Position numbers and translations under genes: made by a program
The notes under the pieces: model-generated
The model's database searches: none
What the model was told of the DNA's origin: nothing
What the model saw: the letters and a program-made list of their open reading frames with translations, nothing else
Assembly: GCA_963728635.1 (NCBI GenBank)
Contig: CAVSKR010000005.1
Span: 264,998 to 328,997 of the forward strand
Source: an uncultured Chloroflexia bacterium
Lineage (GTDB): Bacteria > Chloroflexota > Limnocylindria > Limnocylindrales > CSP1-4
DNA length: 64,000 bases
Reading direction: 5' to 3'
Shown: one piece after another, positions 44,853 through 57,135 of the stretch
Position numbering within the stretch: position 1 is the first letter of the stretch
Layout of the letters: the number at the start of each line of letters is the position of its first letter

Positions 44853-45962
44853 GTGGCCGGCCCGATCAACCCCATGACCAACACCGAGGCGCCCTCGATC
44901 ATCGAGGTCTCCCCCGACGACGTTCGGGGACTGCATGCCCCGGCCGAGTCCGCCTCGGGCAAGCCACACAAGGCCGAGCGATTGCTTACGGTCGAGGGAC
45001 TGTCGACCCACTTCTTCACGCCCGATGGCGTGGTGCGGGCCATCGACGATGTGAGCTTCGATCTCGGGTACGGTGAGACGCTCGGCCTCGTCGGCGAATC
45101 CGGCTGCGGCAAGAGCGTCACGGCCCTGTCGATCGCGAGGCTCATCCCGAGCCCGCCCGGTCGCATCGTGTCCGGACAGATCACGTTCGACGGGATCGAT
45201 GTCCTGAAGCTCGACGAAGACGAAGTGCGACACCTGCGCGGCAAGGAGATCGGCTTCATCTTCCAGGACCCCCTGACCAGCCTCAACCCGACGCTCACGA
45301 TCGGCTACCAGATCGCCGAATCGATCCGTCAGCACATGGGGCTGCCCAAGGCCGCGGCCTACGATCGTGTGGTCGAACTCCTCGCGAAGGTGGGCATCCC
45401 GCGCTCCCGGGATCGGCTGAAGGACTACCCGCATCAGTTCTCGGGTGGGATGCGTCAGCGCGTGATGATCGCGATCGCGCTGTCGTGTGACCCCAAGCTC
45501 ATCCTCGCGGACGAGCCGACCACGGCCCTCGACGTGACCATCCAGGCCCAGATCCTGGAGCTGATCTCGAAGCTGTCCGACGAGTTCCACACTGCCGTCC
45601 TGATGATCACCCACGACCTCGGGATCGCGGCCGGCATGTGCGACCGTGTCAACGTCATGTACGCGGGCCGGATCGTCGAGACCGGCACGACGGACGAGCT
45701 GTTCGAGAAGCCGCGCATGCCCTATTCGTGGGGCCTGCTCGACTCGCTGCCGCGCCTCGACGACGTTCGCGGCGACCGGTTGCGAACGATCGAGGGCCTG
45801 CCCCCGCTCCTGATCGACCCGCCGGACGCGTGCCGGTTCGAACCGCGCTGCCGGTTCGCACGGGACATCTGCCGCCAGGACGAACCCGAGCTGACCCGCC
45901 GCGGGGACTCGCTCCATCACGCCCGGTGTTGGGCCACGCAGCCGGATGGGTGGATCGCATGA
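44853..45962 (+). CDS. ABC ATPase (DppD/OppD family)
   Basis: Walker A GESGCGKS, signature FSGGMRQRV, Walker [13 protein letters not shown]-terminal oligopeptide-ATPase domain CRFEPRC. Confidence 0.88.
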   Translation: MAGPINPMTNTEAPSIIEVSPDDVRGLHAPAESASGKPHKAERLLTVEGLSTHFFTPDGVVRAIDDVSFDLGYGETLGLVGESGCGKSVTALSIARLIPSPPGRIVSGQITFDGIDVLKLDEDEVRHLRGKEIGFIFQDPLTSLNPTLTIGYQIAESIRQHMGLPKAAAYDRVVELLAKVGIPRSRDRLKDYPHQFSGGMRQRVMIAIALSCDPKLILADEPTTALDVTIQAQILELISKLSDEFHTAVLMITHDLGIAAGMCDRVNVMYAGRIVETGTTDELFEKPRMPYSWGLLDSLPRLDDVRGDRLRTIEGLPPLLIDPPDACRFEPRCRFARDICRQDEPELTRRGDSLHHARCWATQPDGWIA

Positions 45963-47231
45963 CCGTGACGATGCCCGAGGCCGGCGCGGCGCCAGCGGCA
46001 CCGGACCCCAACCTCATCGAGGTCGACGACCTCAAGGTCCATTTCCCGATCCGAGCGGGGATCTTCCAGACCGAGATCGGCACGGTCAAGGCGGTCGACG
46101 GGATCACCTTCCAGGTTCGCAAGGGTGAGACGCTCGGACTCGTCGGCGAGTCGGGCTGCGGCAAGAGCACGACCGGGCGGGCGATGATCCGCCTCCGCGA
46201 GCCGACGTCGGGCTCGGTGAAGTTCGACGGCATCGATCTCGGCACGCTCAAGAGCGAGGAGCTGCGCCGGATGCGCCGGCGGATGCAGATCATCTTCCAG
46301 GACCCGTACGGGTCGCTCGATCCGCGCATGACGGTCGGCTCGATCATCAGCGAGCCGATCGACACCCACAAGTTGGCGAAGGGCGAGGCGCGCCAAGCAG
46401 CGCGTGGCGGACCTGTTGCGCATCGTCGGGCTGGATCCGCGGTACGTCAGCCGCTACCCGCATGAGTTCAGCGGCGGGCAGCGGCAGCGCATCGGCGTCG
46501 CGCGGGCGCTCGCGGTCGAGCCCGAGTTCATCGTGTGCGACGAACCGATCTCGGCACTCGATGTCTCGATCCAGGCGCAGGTGCTCAACCTGCTGACCGA
46601 CCTCCGCGGGCAACTCGGCCTCACCTACCTGTTCATCGCCCACGACCTGTCGGTGGTCAAGCACATCAGCGACAGGGTCGCGGTGATGTACCTCGGGAAG
46701 ATCGTCGAGATCGGACCGCCCGACATCATGTACGCCAATCCGGGGCACCCGTACACGCGGGCCCTGCTCTCGGCGGTGCCGGTCCCCGATCCGGAGATGG
46801 AGCGGCGGCGCAAGCGCGTGATCCTGACCGGCGACGTGCCGAGCCCGGTCAACCCGCCCGAGGGTTGTCGGTTCCACACCCGGTGCTGGTTGTACGAGCG
46901 CCTCGGCAAGCCGGAGGAGTGCCGCACGATCGACCCGCCCGTGCGAACCCTCCAGGGAGACCACGGTGCCGCGTGTCACTTCGCCGAGCAGGCCCTGGCG
47001 TCCGACGTGGGTGTCAGCCATATCGACATCAGCCCGGTCCGTCGAGGCACGCCCGAATCGGCGCTGGCGTCGATCCGGCCGCAGGACGGTGGCGCGCAAT
47101 CCGAGGCCCACACCGTGGACGTTGCCGAGACCGTGATCGGCGGACCGCCGATCCACGGCGCGGACGGCACAGAGGGCGGCGACGCGCCCGGGGGCGTTGC
47201 AGGCGACGAGCCGAAGGCGCCGAGGACTTGA
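45959..47231 (+). CDS. ABC ATPase (DppF/OppF family) carrying one +1 frameshift (~46385) and a ~100-aa low-complexity C-terminal extension
   Basis: GESGCGKST, then after the shift [15 protein letters not shown] and [11 protein letters not shown]. One extra C in gag gcg cgc-C-aag cag. Confidence 0.75.
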
Positions 47232-47345
47232 GAACGATCGGGGCGCAGATGATGCCGATCCCGATGTCATGAGGCGCTAGGATGGCGCAGTTTCGGAACC
47301 GGGGTCTCGATCGATTCCCGAAGGTGGCAAGAGGAGGAGCATTCC

Positions 47346-49065
47346 ATGGTTCGATTGAGGTTCGGGGCGCTCGTCGCCGCGCTGGCGATGGTGGTGACTG
47401 CCTGCGCCGGAACGACCCCCAGCGCCGCGCCCGCGTCGAGCGGGCCCGGGGCGAGTGGTGAACCCTCGGTCAGCGCGTCTGCCAGCCCCGATGCGGCTGC
47501 CCCGAAGGAGGGCGGCACCCTGGTCGTCGGATTGGAAGGTGACATCAACCGCACGGACGCCGCGATCATCGACGACCTGAACTCGTCGTACGTGCTGCAG
47601 CAGATGGTCGAGGGCCTGGTCACGCTCGCGCCCGGCACCGGTGATGAGATCGTCCCCGCCCTGGCGACCGAGTGGGATCTCGCGGACGACGCCGTCACCT
47701 ACACATTCAAGATCCGGGAGGGCGTCAAGTTCCACGACGGCACCGCCCTCGATGCCGCAGCGGTCAAGTACAACTTCGATCGCTGGCTCAACATCCCGCA
47801 GGCCTACATCGACCTCTCGTACACGTACTACATCGACTCGGTCATCGGCCGTGGCGACACGTCGTTCGTCGAGTCCGTCGAAGCGCCGGATGCCACCACG
47901 GTCGTCGTCAAGCTGCGTAACCCGAACTCCGCATTCCTGCTGCAGATGACGCTCACGCCGTTCGGGATCCAGAGCCCGACCGCCCTCGAGGCGGGCAATG
48001 CCAACGCGCCCGATTTCAAGGACAACAAGTACGCGGTCGGGGTCGCCCCGACTGCGGTCGGGACCGGGCCGTTCGTGTTCAAGGAGTGGGTGAACGGGGA
48101 TCACATCACGATCGAGAAGAACCCGGACTACTGGGACAAGGCCGCTGGCGGCCCCTACCTCGATGCGATCACCTTCCGCGCCCTGCCTGACACGACGGCG
48201 CGTCTCAATGACCTCACCTCGGGTGGCATCGACGTCGCCCAGGTGCTGGCCCCGGTCGATCTGCCATCGCTGCAGGGCGATACCGAAGTCAGCATCATCG
48301 ACCGCGGAAGCGCCTGCAACCTGGGCGTGCTGGCGATGAACCACAGCTTCAAGCCGTTCGACAACCTGCAGATCCGCCAGGCGGTCGCGGCAGCTCGTCG
48401 ACCGGCAGTCCCTCGTCGACGCCTTCTTTGGCGGCGTCGGTTCGGTCGTCGACAACTGGACCCCGCCCGGATCGCCGTTCGAGAAGGACCTCGCCTTCCC
48501 GGCCTACGACCCCGCGGCGGCCAAGGCGCTGATCGCCGAATCGGGCGTGGCGCCCGCGGACCTTGCGTTCGACTTCTGGTACCCATCCAACACGACCCGT
48601 GCCTACATGCCCGACCCCAAGGGCCAGTTCGACGCCACGCTTACCATGCTCGAGGCTGTCGGGTTCAAGCCCAACCCCAAGACCGCGCCCTGGGATCCGG
48701 AGTACCTCGCCGGCTGGACCGGCGGCGACTACGCGATGTTCCAGGCCGGCTGGAATTGCGACTGGTTCGGCATCGACAACTTCCTGTACACGGCGTTCTT
48801 CGGGTACCAGGGTGGCAAGCCGAACCCCTCGTACGACTACCGCAACGATGAGATGAATCAGGCGATGCTGGACGCGCTCGCGGCGAGCGACGAGGCATCG
48901 CAGCAAGCGAACTGGGAGAAGGCCCAGGACCTGATCCTCGCCGACATGCCGTCGGTGCCGATCGGCTCGGTCAAGACAGCCGGCGGTATCGCGAACTACG
49001 TCAAGGGTTTCGCGCCGTCACCGACCCTGACGGAGTTCTTCACCGATACCTGGCTCGACAAGTAG
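47346..49065 (+). CDS. Family-5 ABC substrate-binding lipoprotein with one +1 frameshift (~48385)
   Basis: Lipobox LAMVVTAC. SBP-5 motifs (VTYTFKIREGVKFHDG, ITIEKNPDYWD). C-terminal part continues in frame +1 (RQLVDRQSLVDAFFGG...FTDTWLDK*). Confidence 0.75.
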
Positions 49066-49185
49066 GCGAGCCAACGCGACCGCCGTACCCTAGACAGTGA
49101 TGGACGGTCCCCCGGGCGACCTTGAGGTCCCGGGGGACCGCGCTTGTCGGATGACGATGGCCAACCGAGGCACGAGCACGCCCTG

Positions 49186-50190
49186 ATGGCAAAGTACATC
49201 GCTCGACGGTTGCTCGGCGCGATCCCGGTCCTCATCGGCCTATCGATCATCCTCTTTGCATTCGTCCACATGTTGCCGGGCGATCCGGCCGTCGCCGTCC
49301 TGGGCCAGCACGCTACTCCCGAGCGGATCGCCACCATGCGCGAGTACCTCGGCCTCGATGACCCGCTCTGGGAGCAATACACCCGGTATGTGAGCAACAT
49401 GCTCCAGGGCGACTTCGGCACCAGCGTCATCAATAACCAGCCCGTGCTCAAGGAGTTGGTAACTCGGCTGCCCGCGACCATCGAACTCAGCCTCGGAGCG
49501 ATGGTCTTCGCGGCCGGTGTCGGGATCCCGCTCGGTCGCTACGCCGCCCGCCATGCCCCAGGATTGCCCGATGGGGCTGTCACGGTCATCTCCCTGTTTG
49601 GCGTGAGCATCCCCGTCTTCGTCCTGGGGTTGACACTCCAGTACATCTTCGCGGTCCAGCTCGAGTGGTTGCCTGCGGCAGGACGTATCGATCCTCGGGC
49701 ACGTCTCGAGATCCAGTCGAACTTCGTCCTCATCGACTCACTCCTGATGGGACGTCCGGACCTGTTCATCGACGGCATCAGACACCTGATCCTGCCGGCG
49801 ATCGCGCTTGGCAGCATCCCGCTCGCGATCATCACCCGGATCACCCGGGCGTCCGTCCTGGACGTCGCCAACGAGGACTACGTGCGAACGGCACGCGCCA
49901 AGGGACTGACGGAGCGCCGGGTCGACAGCCGGCACATCATGCGGAATGCGTGGCTACCGGTCGTGACTGTCATCGGTCTCCAGGTCGGAGGGCTGCTCGC
50001 CGGGGCCGTGATCACCGAGACGGTCTTCGCGTGGGGCGGTGTCGGACGCTACGTGGTCGAGGCGATCAACAACCGTGACTATCTCGTGATCCAAAACACG
50101 ATCCTGATCTTCTCCCTCATATTCCTCCTCGTGAACCTGGTGGTCGACATCCTCTACGCGTATCTCAACCCCAGGATCCGGTACTCCTGA
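49186..50190 (+). CDS. ABC permease (DppB family)
   Basis: MAKYIARRLLGAIPVLIGLSIILFAF...EAA motif TARAKGLTERRVDSRHIMRNA. 334 aa. Confidence 0.88.
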   Translation: MAKYIARRLLGAIPVLIGLSIILFAFVHMLPGDPAVAVLGQHATPERIATMREYLGLDDPLWEQYTRYVSNMLQGDFGTSVINNQPVLKELVTRLPATIELSLGAMVFAAGVGIPLGRYAARHAPGLPDGAVTVISLFGVSIPVFVLGLTLQYIFAVQLEWLPAAGRIDPRARLEIQSNFVLIDSLLMGRPDLFIDGIRHLILPAIALGSIPLAIITRITRASVLDVANEDYVRTARAKGLTERRVDSRHIMRNAWLPVVTVIGLQVGGLLAGAVITETVFAWGGVGRYVVEAINNRDYLVIQNTILIFSLIFLLVNLVVDILYAYLNPRIRYS

Positions 50191-51083
50191 TGGCCGCACC
50201 TGCGATCGGGGTTCCACGAACGGTCCCCACACGCGCGAGCCGAGGGCTTTGGCGCGACGCCCTGCGGCGGTTGCGCCGGAACAGGCCGGCGATGCTCGGC
50301 GTACTCCTGATCGGTGTGTTCGTGGTGGTGGCGGTCTTCGCGCCTTTGATCGCACCGTACGATCCGCTGGACGGGGCACTCGTCGACCGACTCCAGCCGC
50401 CGGGCCCAGCCCACCTGATGGGTACCGATCTGCAAGGTCGGGATGAGTTCAGTCGGGTGATCTTCGGCGCGCGGGTCAGCATCATCGCCGGCCTCGCTTC
50501 GGTCGCCATGGGCATCCTGATCGGCGGCACGATCGGCGCCTTGGCAGGCGGGCTCGGCGGGAAGGTGGACGCAGTCCTCATGCGAGTCGTCGACGTGATG
50601 CTGTCGATCCCTGGGATCCTGCTCGCCATCGGTATCGTCGCGTGGCTCGATCGCGGCCTTCCACAGATCATCTTTGCCGTCGCGATGGTGAACGTGCCGG
50701 TCTTCGCGCGTCTGCTCCGGGGCAGCCTGCTGGCCCTGCGGGAGTCGGAGTACGTCGTCGCCGCTCGGTCCCTCGGCGCGAGCGGCGGTCGGATCCTCCT
50801 CCGACACATGTTGCCCAACTCGCTTACCCCACTGATCGTTGCGGCGACCCTGGCGCTCGCCACCGCGATCATCGACGTCGCGGGCCTCGGCTTCCTCGGC
50901 CTGGGCCCGCCCGACCCGCGAGTCCCCGAGTGGGGCACGATGCTCACGGACTCGACGAAGTTCCTGCGTCAGGCACCCTGGCTGATATTCTTCCCGGGTT
51001 TCGCGATCGTGATCACGGCGATCGGGTTCAACCTCCTCGGAGATGGACTGCGCGAATTGCTCGACCCGCGGCTCAGGCGCTGA
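50190..51083 (+). CDS. ABC permease (DppC family)
   Basis: 297 aa. VAARSLGASGGRILLRHMLPN EAA motif. Start overlaps the upstream stop. Confidence 0.85.
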   Translation: MAAPAIGVPRTVPTRASRGLWRDALRRLRRNRPAMLGVLLIGVFVVVAVFAPLIAPYDPLDGALVDRLQPPGPAHLMGTDLQGRDEFSRVIFGARVSIIAGLASVAMGILIGGTIGALAGGLGGKVDAVLMRVVDVMLSIPGILLAIGIVAWLDRGLPQIIFAVAMVNVPVFARLLRGSLLALRESEYVVAARSLGASGGRILLRHMLPNSLTPLIVAATLALATAIIDVAGLGFLGLGPPDPRVPEWGTMLTDSTKFLRQAPWLIFFPGFAIVITAIGFNLLGDGLRELLDPRLRR

Positions 51084-51091
51084 CGGCCCCG

Positions 51092-52315
51092 ATGGTCCTG
51101 CTGTCCGTCGACCAGCTGGTCGTTCGCTTCCGGACCCATGAAGGGACGATCCACGCCGTCAACGGCGTGACGTTCGACCTCGACGAGGGAGAAACGCTCG
51201 GCCTCGTCGGCGAATCTGGCTGCGGCAAGAGCGTGACGAGCCTGGCGATCCTCCGCCTGCTGCCGAAGCCGGCTGGCCGGGTGGAGGGGGGACGCGTCGT
51301 GTTCGACGGTCAGGATCTCCTCGCACTCTCGGAGGGCGAGATGCGCGAGATGCGCGGGCGCGACGTGGCGATGATCTTCCAGGATCCGATGACGAGCCTG
51401 AACCCGGTCCTGACCATCGAGGAGCAGATGGTCGAGACGATCCGGGCCCACCGGAAGGTCGATGTCGCCGGCGCCCGCGCGCGTGCGATCGAGCTACTCG
51501 GCATGGTGGGCATCCCGCGTCCGGAGACGAGGCTCAAGAGCTACCCGCACGAGTTCAGCGGTGGGATGCGCCAGCGCGTGATGATCGCGATGGCGCTCGC
51601 CCTCGAGCCGAAGCTGCTCATCGCTGACGAGCCCACGACCGCACTCGATGTGACGATCCAGGCCCAGGTCCTCGAGCTGCTTCGGCGCCTGACTGACGAT
51701 TCCGGCACGGCAGCCATCCTCATCACTCACGACCTCGGGGTCGTGGCGGGGATGACACAACGGATCAACGTGATGTACGCGGGGTACATCGTCGAGGCGG
51801 CCACGACGGCTGATCTCTTCGCTCGGCCGTCACACCCGTACACGGTCGGGCTGCTGCATTCGATCCCGCGCCTCGACGCGGAGCGGTCCGAGGCGTTGAT
51901 CCCGATCGAAGGAGCACCCCCCGATCAGCGGGTCGCGCCGTCCGGTTGTCCGTTCGCGCCGCGCTGCGCGTGGCGGCTGCCGATCTGTTGGGAGGATAAC
52001 CCCCTGCTCGAGCCCGTCGACGTAGCCGTCGCGCACGCCGGGGCTGCCGGTCCGGCGCTGAGATCCGCGCACCGAAGCGCCTGTCACAATCGGCCCACAC
52101 CAGACGAGGCCGCCAGTGGACGGCCACTGCGTGAAGGCTTCGAGCGGGCGATGCCACCGGGTGGTCCCTCGGCGACCGCGATCGACGAGCTCGCGACCGC
52201 CGATGAGGCGGCTGCGCTCATCGAGAAGACCCTCCGCGAGGCGTCTTCGATCTCCGCTGCTCCCTCCGCTGCCGGGCTGCCGCTCCAGCCCGACGACGTG
52301 GAGGAGAGGCGGTGA
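51092..52315 (+). CDS. ABC ATPase (DppD family) with ~80-aa C-terminal extension
   Basis: [43 protein letters not shown]. Confidence 0.88.
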   Translation: MVLLSVDQLVVRFRTHEGTIHAVNGVTFDLDEGETLGLVGESGCGKSVTSLAILRLLPKPAGRVEGGRVVFDGQDLLALSEGEMREMRGRDVAMIFQDPMTSLNPVLTIEEQMVETIRAHRKVDVAGARARAIELLGMVGIPRPETRLKSYPHEFSGGMRQRVMIAMALALEPKLLIADEPTTALDVTIQAQVLELLRRLTDDSGTAAILITHDLGVVAGMTQRINVMYAGYIVEAATTADLFARPSHPYTVGLLHSIPRLDAERSEALIPIEGAPPDQRVAPSGCPFAPRCAWRLPICWEDNPLLEPVDVAVAHAGAAGPALRSAHRSACHNRPTPDEAASGRPLREGFERAMPPGGPSATAIDELATADEAAALIEKTLREASSISAAPSAAGLPLQPDDVEERR

Positions 52316-53487
52316 CCAGCGTGGACGCGTCGACCTCCTTGACGCAGGCCCTCGTCGAGGTGCGGGATCTCAAGGTCTACTTCCCTATCCATGAGGGTCT
52401 GATCCGGCGTCGGCACGTCGGTGACGTCCGAGCGGTCGATGGCATCTCATTTGCGATGCGGCAAGGGGAGACACTCGGCCTGGTCGGCGAATCCGGTTGC
52501 GGCAAGAGCACGACCGGGCGTGCCATCATCCGGCTCCTCGATCCGACCGCCGGTTCCATCCGGTTCGATGGCACCGAGATCACGAGTCTCAAGGGCAACG
52601 CGCTCCGGCCGATCCGTCGGCGGATGCAGATGGTGTTCCAGGACCCGTATGCGAGCCTCGATCCACGGATGACGGTCAACGGGATCATCTCGGAACCGCT
52701 CGAGATCCACGGCGAGGGCGGCACGACGGCGGAGCGTCGCGAGCGGGTCGGTCAGCTCCTCGCGACGGTCGGGCTCAATCCGGAGTTCGGTGTCCGCTAC
52801 CCACACGAGTTTTCCGGCGGCCAACGCCAGCGGATCGGGTTGGCTCGAGCCCTCGCCCTGAATCCTGACCTGATCATCGCCGATGAGCCGATCAGCGCGC
52901 TCGACGTGTCGATCCAGGCCCAGATCATCAACCTGCTCGAGCGCCTGCAGGGCGAGTTCGGGTTGACCTACCTGTTCGTCGCGCACGACCTTTCGGTCGT
53001 CGCCCACATCAGCGACCGGATCGCGGTGATGTACCTGGGTCGCATCGTCGAGCTGGCGGGCTCGCGCGACCTGAACCGCAAGCCGCTCCACCCGTACACG
53101 GTCGCGCTCCTGTCGGCGATCCCCATCCCTGATCCGATCGTCGAGGCCCGCAGGCGGCGGATCATCCTCACGGGCGACGTCCCCTCACCGGTCGCGCCGC
53201 CCCCCGGCTGCCGGTTCCACACGCGCTGCTGGCTGCGCGAGCGACTCGGCAACCCGGAGGCTTGCTCGACCGTCGATCCACCGCTCCGGCCGCTCGCGGC
53301 TGGGCACGAGGTCGCATGCCACTTCGCCGAGGAGGTCGAGGGCTCGAAGGAGCAAGTGCTCGCGACCGGACGCACCCGGCCGTCTGCCGGCGGACCTGTG
53401 CCCATGAGTGGCGAGCCGAGCGGAGACGACCCCTCGGCGGGCCCTGTCGCGCCGGGGGCCGTTGCCAAGCCGCAGCAGCCTCACTGA
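52312..53487 (+). CDS. ABC ATPase (DppF family) with Pro-rich C-terminal tail
   Basis: [44 protein letters not shown]. Confidence 0.88.
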   Translation: MTSVDASTSLTQALVEVRDLKVYFPIHEGLIRRRHVGDVRAVDGISFAMRQGETLGLVGESGCGKSTTGRAIIRLLDPTAGSIRFDGTEITSLKGNALRPIRRRMQMVFQDPYASLDPRMTVNGIISEPLEIHGEGGTTAERRERVGQLLATVGLNPEFGVRYPHEFSGGQRQRIGLARALALNPDLIIADEPISALDVSIQAQIINLLERLQGEFGLTYLFVAHDLSVVAHISDRIAVMYLGRIVELAGSRDLNRKPLHPYTVALLSAIPIPDPIVEARRRRIILTGDVPSPVAPPPGCRFHTRCWLRERLGNPEACSTVDPPLRPLAAGHEVACHFAEEVEGSKEQVLATGRTRPSAGGPVPMSGEPSGDDPSAGPVAPGAVAKPQQPH

Positions 53488-55265
53488 GTCGCCGGCGGGT
53501 GCAGGAAGCCGCCGAAACGGTCGAGGAAGCCCTGGAAAAGGCCCTCACGTCCGCGGTGCAGCGGATGGGCCGCGTCCCAGCGGATCGCGTACGACAGCAC
53601 CACGTCGTTGGCATCGAGCGCGGCCCCGTCGTGGAAGCGCACGCCGGCTCGCAGCGTGCACGTCCAGACGATGAGATCGTCGTCCGGGACGCACGCCTCG
53701 GCGAGCGCCGGCGACAGGCTTGGCTCGGGCAGGTCGTGGCGGTACAGCGACTCGGACACTTGCGCGCACACGCGCAGGGCCACGTCAGCGGTCTCGTCCG
53801 CGCAGAAGAGCCCAGCGGGTCGATCGTGCTGCATGTAGACGAACTGCGTCCGGTCGCCCGGGGTGACCGTCGCGAGCCGATCTGTCGCGGTGGAGCTGGC
53901 CTGGGCGCCGCGGACGTCGGTCCGGAACACGGCCGCCGAGCCGACATGCGCCAGCGGGATCATCGGCACGTGGCGGCGGAGCAGCTCGTTGACGCCGCGG
54001 TAGCCGTTCGCGCGAGCGGCCGGGTCGGCGGTCACGCGACCGCGTGCGAGCCAGCGCGCGACGTCGCCGAAGCGCTTGCCGAACTGGAGGCTGGCGGTCG
54101 GTCCGAAGTGGCTTTCCAGCAGGAGGCTGGCGTCCGGGTAGCGCGATCGCGCGCCCAGCAGGTAGAACCCGCTGAGCCGGCCCGCGTCGACGGCGGCGGT
54201 CAGCTCGTTGAACGGCATGACGGTGAGCTCGGCCGTGATGCCCAGCTGCTCGCGGAGCTGCGTCTGGAGGGCCGTCGCCGCCGCGCTCGGGTTGGGCAGG
54301 TAGTCGCGCGGCTCGTCGCTGTACGTGATGGTCGAGGCGAACCCTTCCGGAAAGCCGACCTCGGCCAGGAAATCACGGGCAGCCTCGGGGTCCGGCTCCG
54401 GCCAGGCGCCGCCCTCGCACCCGTACGGGATGGCACACGGCAGGAAGTGGCTGGCCACCTCGGTCGCCGGTGGGAACGCCGCGTCGACGATCGCCGCACG
54501 GTCGATCCCGAGCCCGATGGCCGTTCGCACGACCTCGTTGTCGAACGGCGCGAAGCGGTTGTCGAAGCCGACGTAGGCGATGTTGAGCCCCTGGCGGCGG
54601 GCGACGGTCAGCTCCGGGTTGGCGTCGACCGCCTCGAGGTCGCCGGGCGCCACCATGTCGATCGCGTCCACGGACCCCTCGCGCAGCTTCTCGAGCCGAC
54701 GGCCCGCGTCGCTCTCGGCGACGAAGATCACCGCGCCCGTCCGAGCGCGGTCACCCCAGTACGCAGCCGATCGGGTGAGAGCGATGTCGCCCTTCCCATT
54801 CCAGCCGTTCAGCCGGAACGGACCGGTGCCGTTGACCTCGGTCAGGATCCGCTGGCGTTCGGCGACCGGATCGATCCGGCTCTGGAGCCACGCCGTATCG
54901 TCGATCGCCAGCGTCGGCGACGCGATCTTGGCGAGGAAGGCGGGATCGACATCGCACAGCTCGAACACGACCGTCAGCGGGTCCGTCGCGCTGATCCGGC
55001 GCATCGAGCCCGCGTACGGTCCGAACGCCGGGTCGGGGCTGGCCGGCTCCTCGCACGGCGCCGGACCATCGGTCGGATACACCATCGGCTCGAACGGTCC
55101 GCTGCTCGGTGGCGCGGTCGGGAAGGTGTCGGTGCTGATCGGGCCGGCGAGCTGACTCGTGTCCGGCGATGCGGACGGCGCCGGGCCGCCGCATCCGACG
55201 ATCGCGACGATCGCCGCCATACCGGCCGCCAGCAGCCGGCGCGGCCGTGGTCGCGGTCGTGACAT
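53481..55265 (-). CDS. Family-5 ABC substrate-binding lipoprotein (third SBP, convergent with dppF)
   Basis: Signal/lipobox [17 protein letters not shown]. ~590 aa with SBP-5 architecture. Start may be at 55220. Confidence 0.8.
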   Translation of the reverse strand: MSRPRPRPRRLLAAGMAAIVAIVGCGGPAPSASPDTSQLAGPISTDTFPTAPPSSGPFEPMVYPTDGPAPCEEPASPDPAFGPYAGSMRRISATDPLTVVFELCDVDPAFLAKIASPTLAIDDTAWLQSRIDPVAERQRILTEVNGTGPFRLNGWNGKGDIALTRSAAYWGDRARTGAVIFVAESDAGRRLEKLREGSVDAIDMVAPGDLEAVDANPELTVARRQGLNIAYVGFDNRFAPFDNEVVRTAIGLGIDRAAIVDAAFPPATEVASHFLPCAIPYGCEGGAWPEPDPEAARDFLAEVGFPEGFASTITYSDEPRDYLPNPSAAATALQTQLREQLGITAELTVMPFNELTAAVDAGRLSGFYLLGARSRYPDASLLLESHFGPTASLQFGKRFGDVARWLARGRVTADPAARANGYRGVNELLRRHVPMIPLAHVGSAAVFRTDVRGAQASSTATDRLATVTPGDRTQFVYMQHDRPAGLFCADETADVALRVCAQVSESLYRHDLPEPSLSPALAEACVPDDDLIVWTCTLRAGVRFHDGAALDANDVVLSYAIRWDAAHPLHRGREGLFQGFLDRFGGFLHPPATQ

Positions 55266-55306
55266 CGCGTCCTAGCCTAGCATCGGGTTCGCGTATGCTC
55301 GGGCGT

Positions 55307-56275
55307 ATGAAGACCGTGCGGGTCGCCCTCGCGCAGATCGCCCCGGCGCTCGGCCAGCTCGATGCCAACCTTGCCCGGCACCACGAGCTGATCGCCGAAG
55401 CACGCGCGAACGGCGCGGACATCGTCGTCTTCCCCGAGCTCGGGCTGACCGGCTACCAGCTCCAGGACCTGGCGTCGGAGGTCGCGATCCGGCTCGACGA
55501 TCCGCGGCTGGCCGATCTCGCTGCGGCGACCCACGAGCTGTCCGCTGTCGTGTCGTTCGTCGAGGAGTCGGCCGACCATCGTCTGTTCATCGCTGCCGCC
55601 CTGCTCGAGGACGGCGAGGTCCGCCACGTCCATCGCAAGGTCTTCCTGCCGACCTACGGCCTGTTCGACGAACGGCGGTTCTTCGCCCACGGCGACATGC
55701 TGCGCGCCGTGCCATCCCGACTCGGGGTCGGCATCGGGCTCGCGATCTGCGAGGACTTCTGGCACCTGCCGGTGCCCCAGATCCTCGCCCTCGATGGCGC
55801 CCAGATCCTCATCAACGTGTCGTCCTCGCCCGGGCGCGACCTGGCTGCGACGAACGAGGTCGGGTTGGGCACGGCGACGTCGTGGCGCGGGCTCATGCGC
55901 ACGTACGCCCAGTTGACCACGACCTTCGTGATCTTCTGCAACCGGGTGGGCGTCGACGAGTCGATCTCGTTCTGGGGCGGCTCCGAGGTCATCGGTCCGA
56001 GTGGCGCCGCCGTGTTCTCGGCGCCGCTCTATGACGAGGGCCTGTTCACGGTCGACATCGCGACTGCGGACATCCGGCGCGAGCGCATCGGGCTCCCGCT
56101 GCTGCGCGACGAGCGCCCGGAGTTCCAGGTCCGCGAGCTGTCGCGGATCGTGGCCGAACGGGCAGGGCTCGCCAAGGACTCGACGAGCGATCCCCATGCC
56201 GAGGCTGGCCTCGATGTCGCGCCGGGCGATCGAACGCCGCACCCGATCGGCTTCCGACGCAAGGCCGGCTCATGA
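55307..56275 (+). CDS. Carbon-nitrogen hydrolase (nitrilase-family) glutaminase subunit of a split NAD synthetase
   Basis: RVALAQIAP...DIVVFPELGLTGY (Glu), HRKVFLP (Lys), LAICEDFWH (Cys). ATGA overlap with nadE. Confidence 0.8.
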   Translation: MKTVRVALAQIAPALGQLDANLARHHELIAEARANGADIVVFPELGLTGYQLQDLASEVAIRLDDPRLADLAAATHELSAVVSFVEESADHRLFIAAALLEDGEVRHVHRKVFLPTYGLFDERRFFAHGDMLRAVPSRLGVGIGLAICEDFWHLPVPQILALDGAQILINVSSSPGRDLAATNEVGLGTATSWRGLMRTYAQLTTTFVIFCNRVGVDESISFWGGSEVIGPSGAAVFSAPLYDEGLFTVDIATADIRRERIGLPLLRDERPEFQVRELSRIVAERAGLAKDSTSDPHAEAGLDVAPGDRTPHPIGFRRKAGS

Positions 56276-57135
56276 CCGCGTTGCCGCCCGCCTTCGAGCT
56301 GCCGACCGAGCTCGAGATCGACACCGACGTCGCGCGGCGGATCATCGGCGAGTTCATCCGCGGCCAGCTGCGGCAGGCCGGCTTCGACCGGGCGGTCCTC
56401 GGACTGTCCGGCGGGATCGATTCGGCCCTCGTCGCCTATCTCACGGCCGAGGCGATCGGTGCGGATCGTCTGCTGTGCGTCCAGATGCCCTATCGGACGT
56501 CGTCGCCGGCCTCGCTCTCCGACGCCCAGGAAGTGGTTCGCAGGCTGGGGGCCGCGTCGGAGGTCGTCGAGATCACGCCGATGGTCGACGGGTTCTACGG
56601 CCCGACGAGCGACGCATCCTCGCTTCGCCGGGGCAACTTCATGGCGCGGATGCGGATGGCGGTCCTGTACGACCGGTCGGTCACCTGGAACGGTCTCGTC
56701 GTCGGGACCGGCAACAAGACCGAATCGCTGATCGGCTACACGACGCTCTTCGGCGACAGCGCGTGCGCCTTCAACCCGATCGGCGACCTGTACAAGAGCC
56801 AGGTCCGCCAGATGGCCGCGGCGATCGGCGTGCCGGACGAGATCCTCCGCAAGGCGCCCTCCGCCGACCTGTGGCCCGGCCAGACCGACGAGCAGGAAGC
56901 CGGATTCGACTACCCGACGCTCGATCGCCTGCTGTTCTGGCGCATCGACAAGCGCCGCTCGATCGACGAGGTCGTGGCGCTCGGGTTCCCGCGCGAGATG
57001 ATCGAGCGGGTCGACCGGATGGTGGCCGGGGCGGAGTTCAAGCGCCAGGTGCCGCCGATCGCGAAGCTTGGGCCGCGGACGGCCGGCGTCGACTACCTGT
57101 ACCCGCGTCGACGGCCCGGCTCGGCGCGCGGGTGA
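56272..57135 (+). CDS. nadE: NAD+ synthetase (synthetase domain only)
   Basis: PP-loop LGLSGGIDSALVAYL. NadE motifs GTGNKTESLIGYTTLFGD, DLWPGQTDE. Confidence 0.88.
   Translation: MTALPPAFELPTELEIDTDVARRIIGEFIRGQLRQAGFDRAVLGLSGGIDSALVAYLTAEAIGADRLLCVQMPYRTSSPASLSDAQEVVRRLGAASEVVEITPMVDGFYGPTSDASSLRRGNFMARMRMAVLYDRSVTWNGLVVGTGNKTESLIGYTTLFGDSACAFNPIGDLYKSQVRQMAAAIGVPDEILRKAPSADLWPGQTDEQEAGFDYPTLDRLLFWRIDKRRSIDEVVALGFPREMIERVDRMVAGAEFKRQVPPIAKLGPRTAGVDYLYPRRRPGSARG

Noticed and set aside
1562-46001. Many long antisense or alternative-frame ORFs (e.g. 1562..2161-, 3442..4455-, 4269..5933-, 13855..15834-, 16892..18142-, 16969..19845+, 43962..46001-, 58668..59732-)
   Set aside because: They lie antisense to, or out of frame with, strongly conserved genes. 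Their products are Arg/Pro/Gly-rich low-complexity sequence, as expected of a ~70% GC genome, and no conserved motifs appear.
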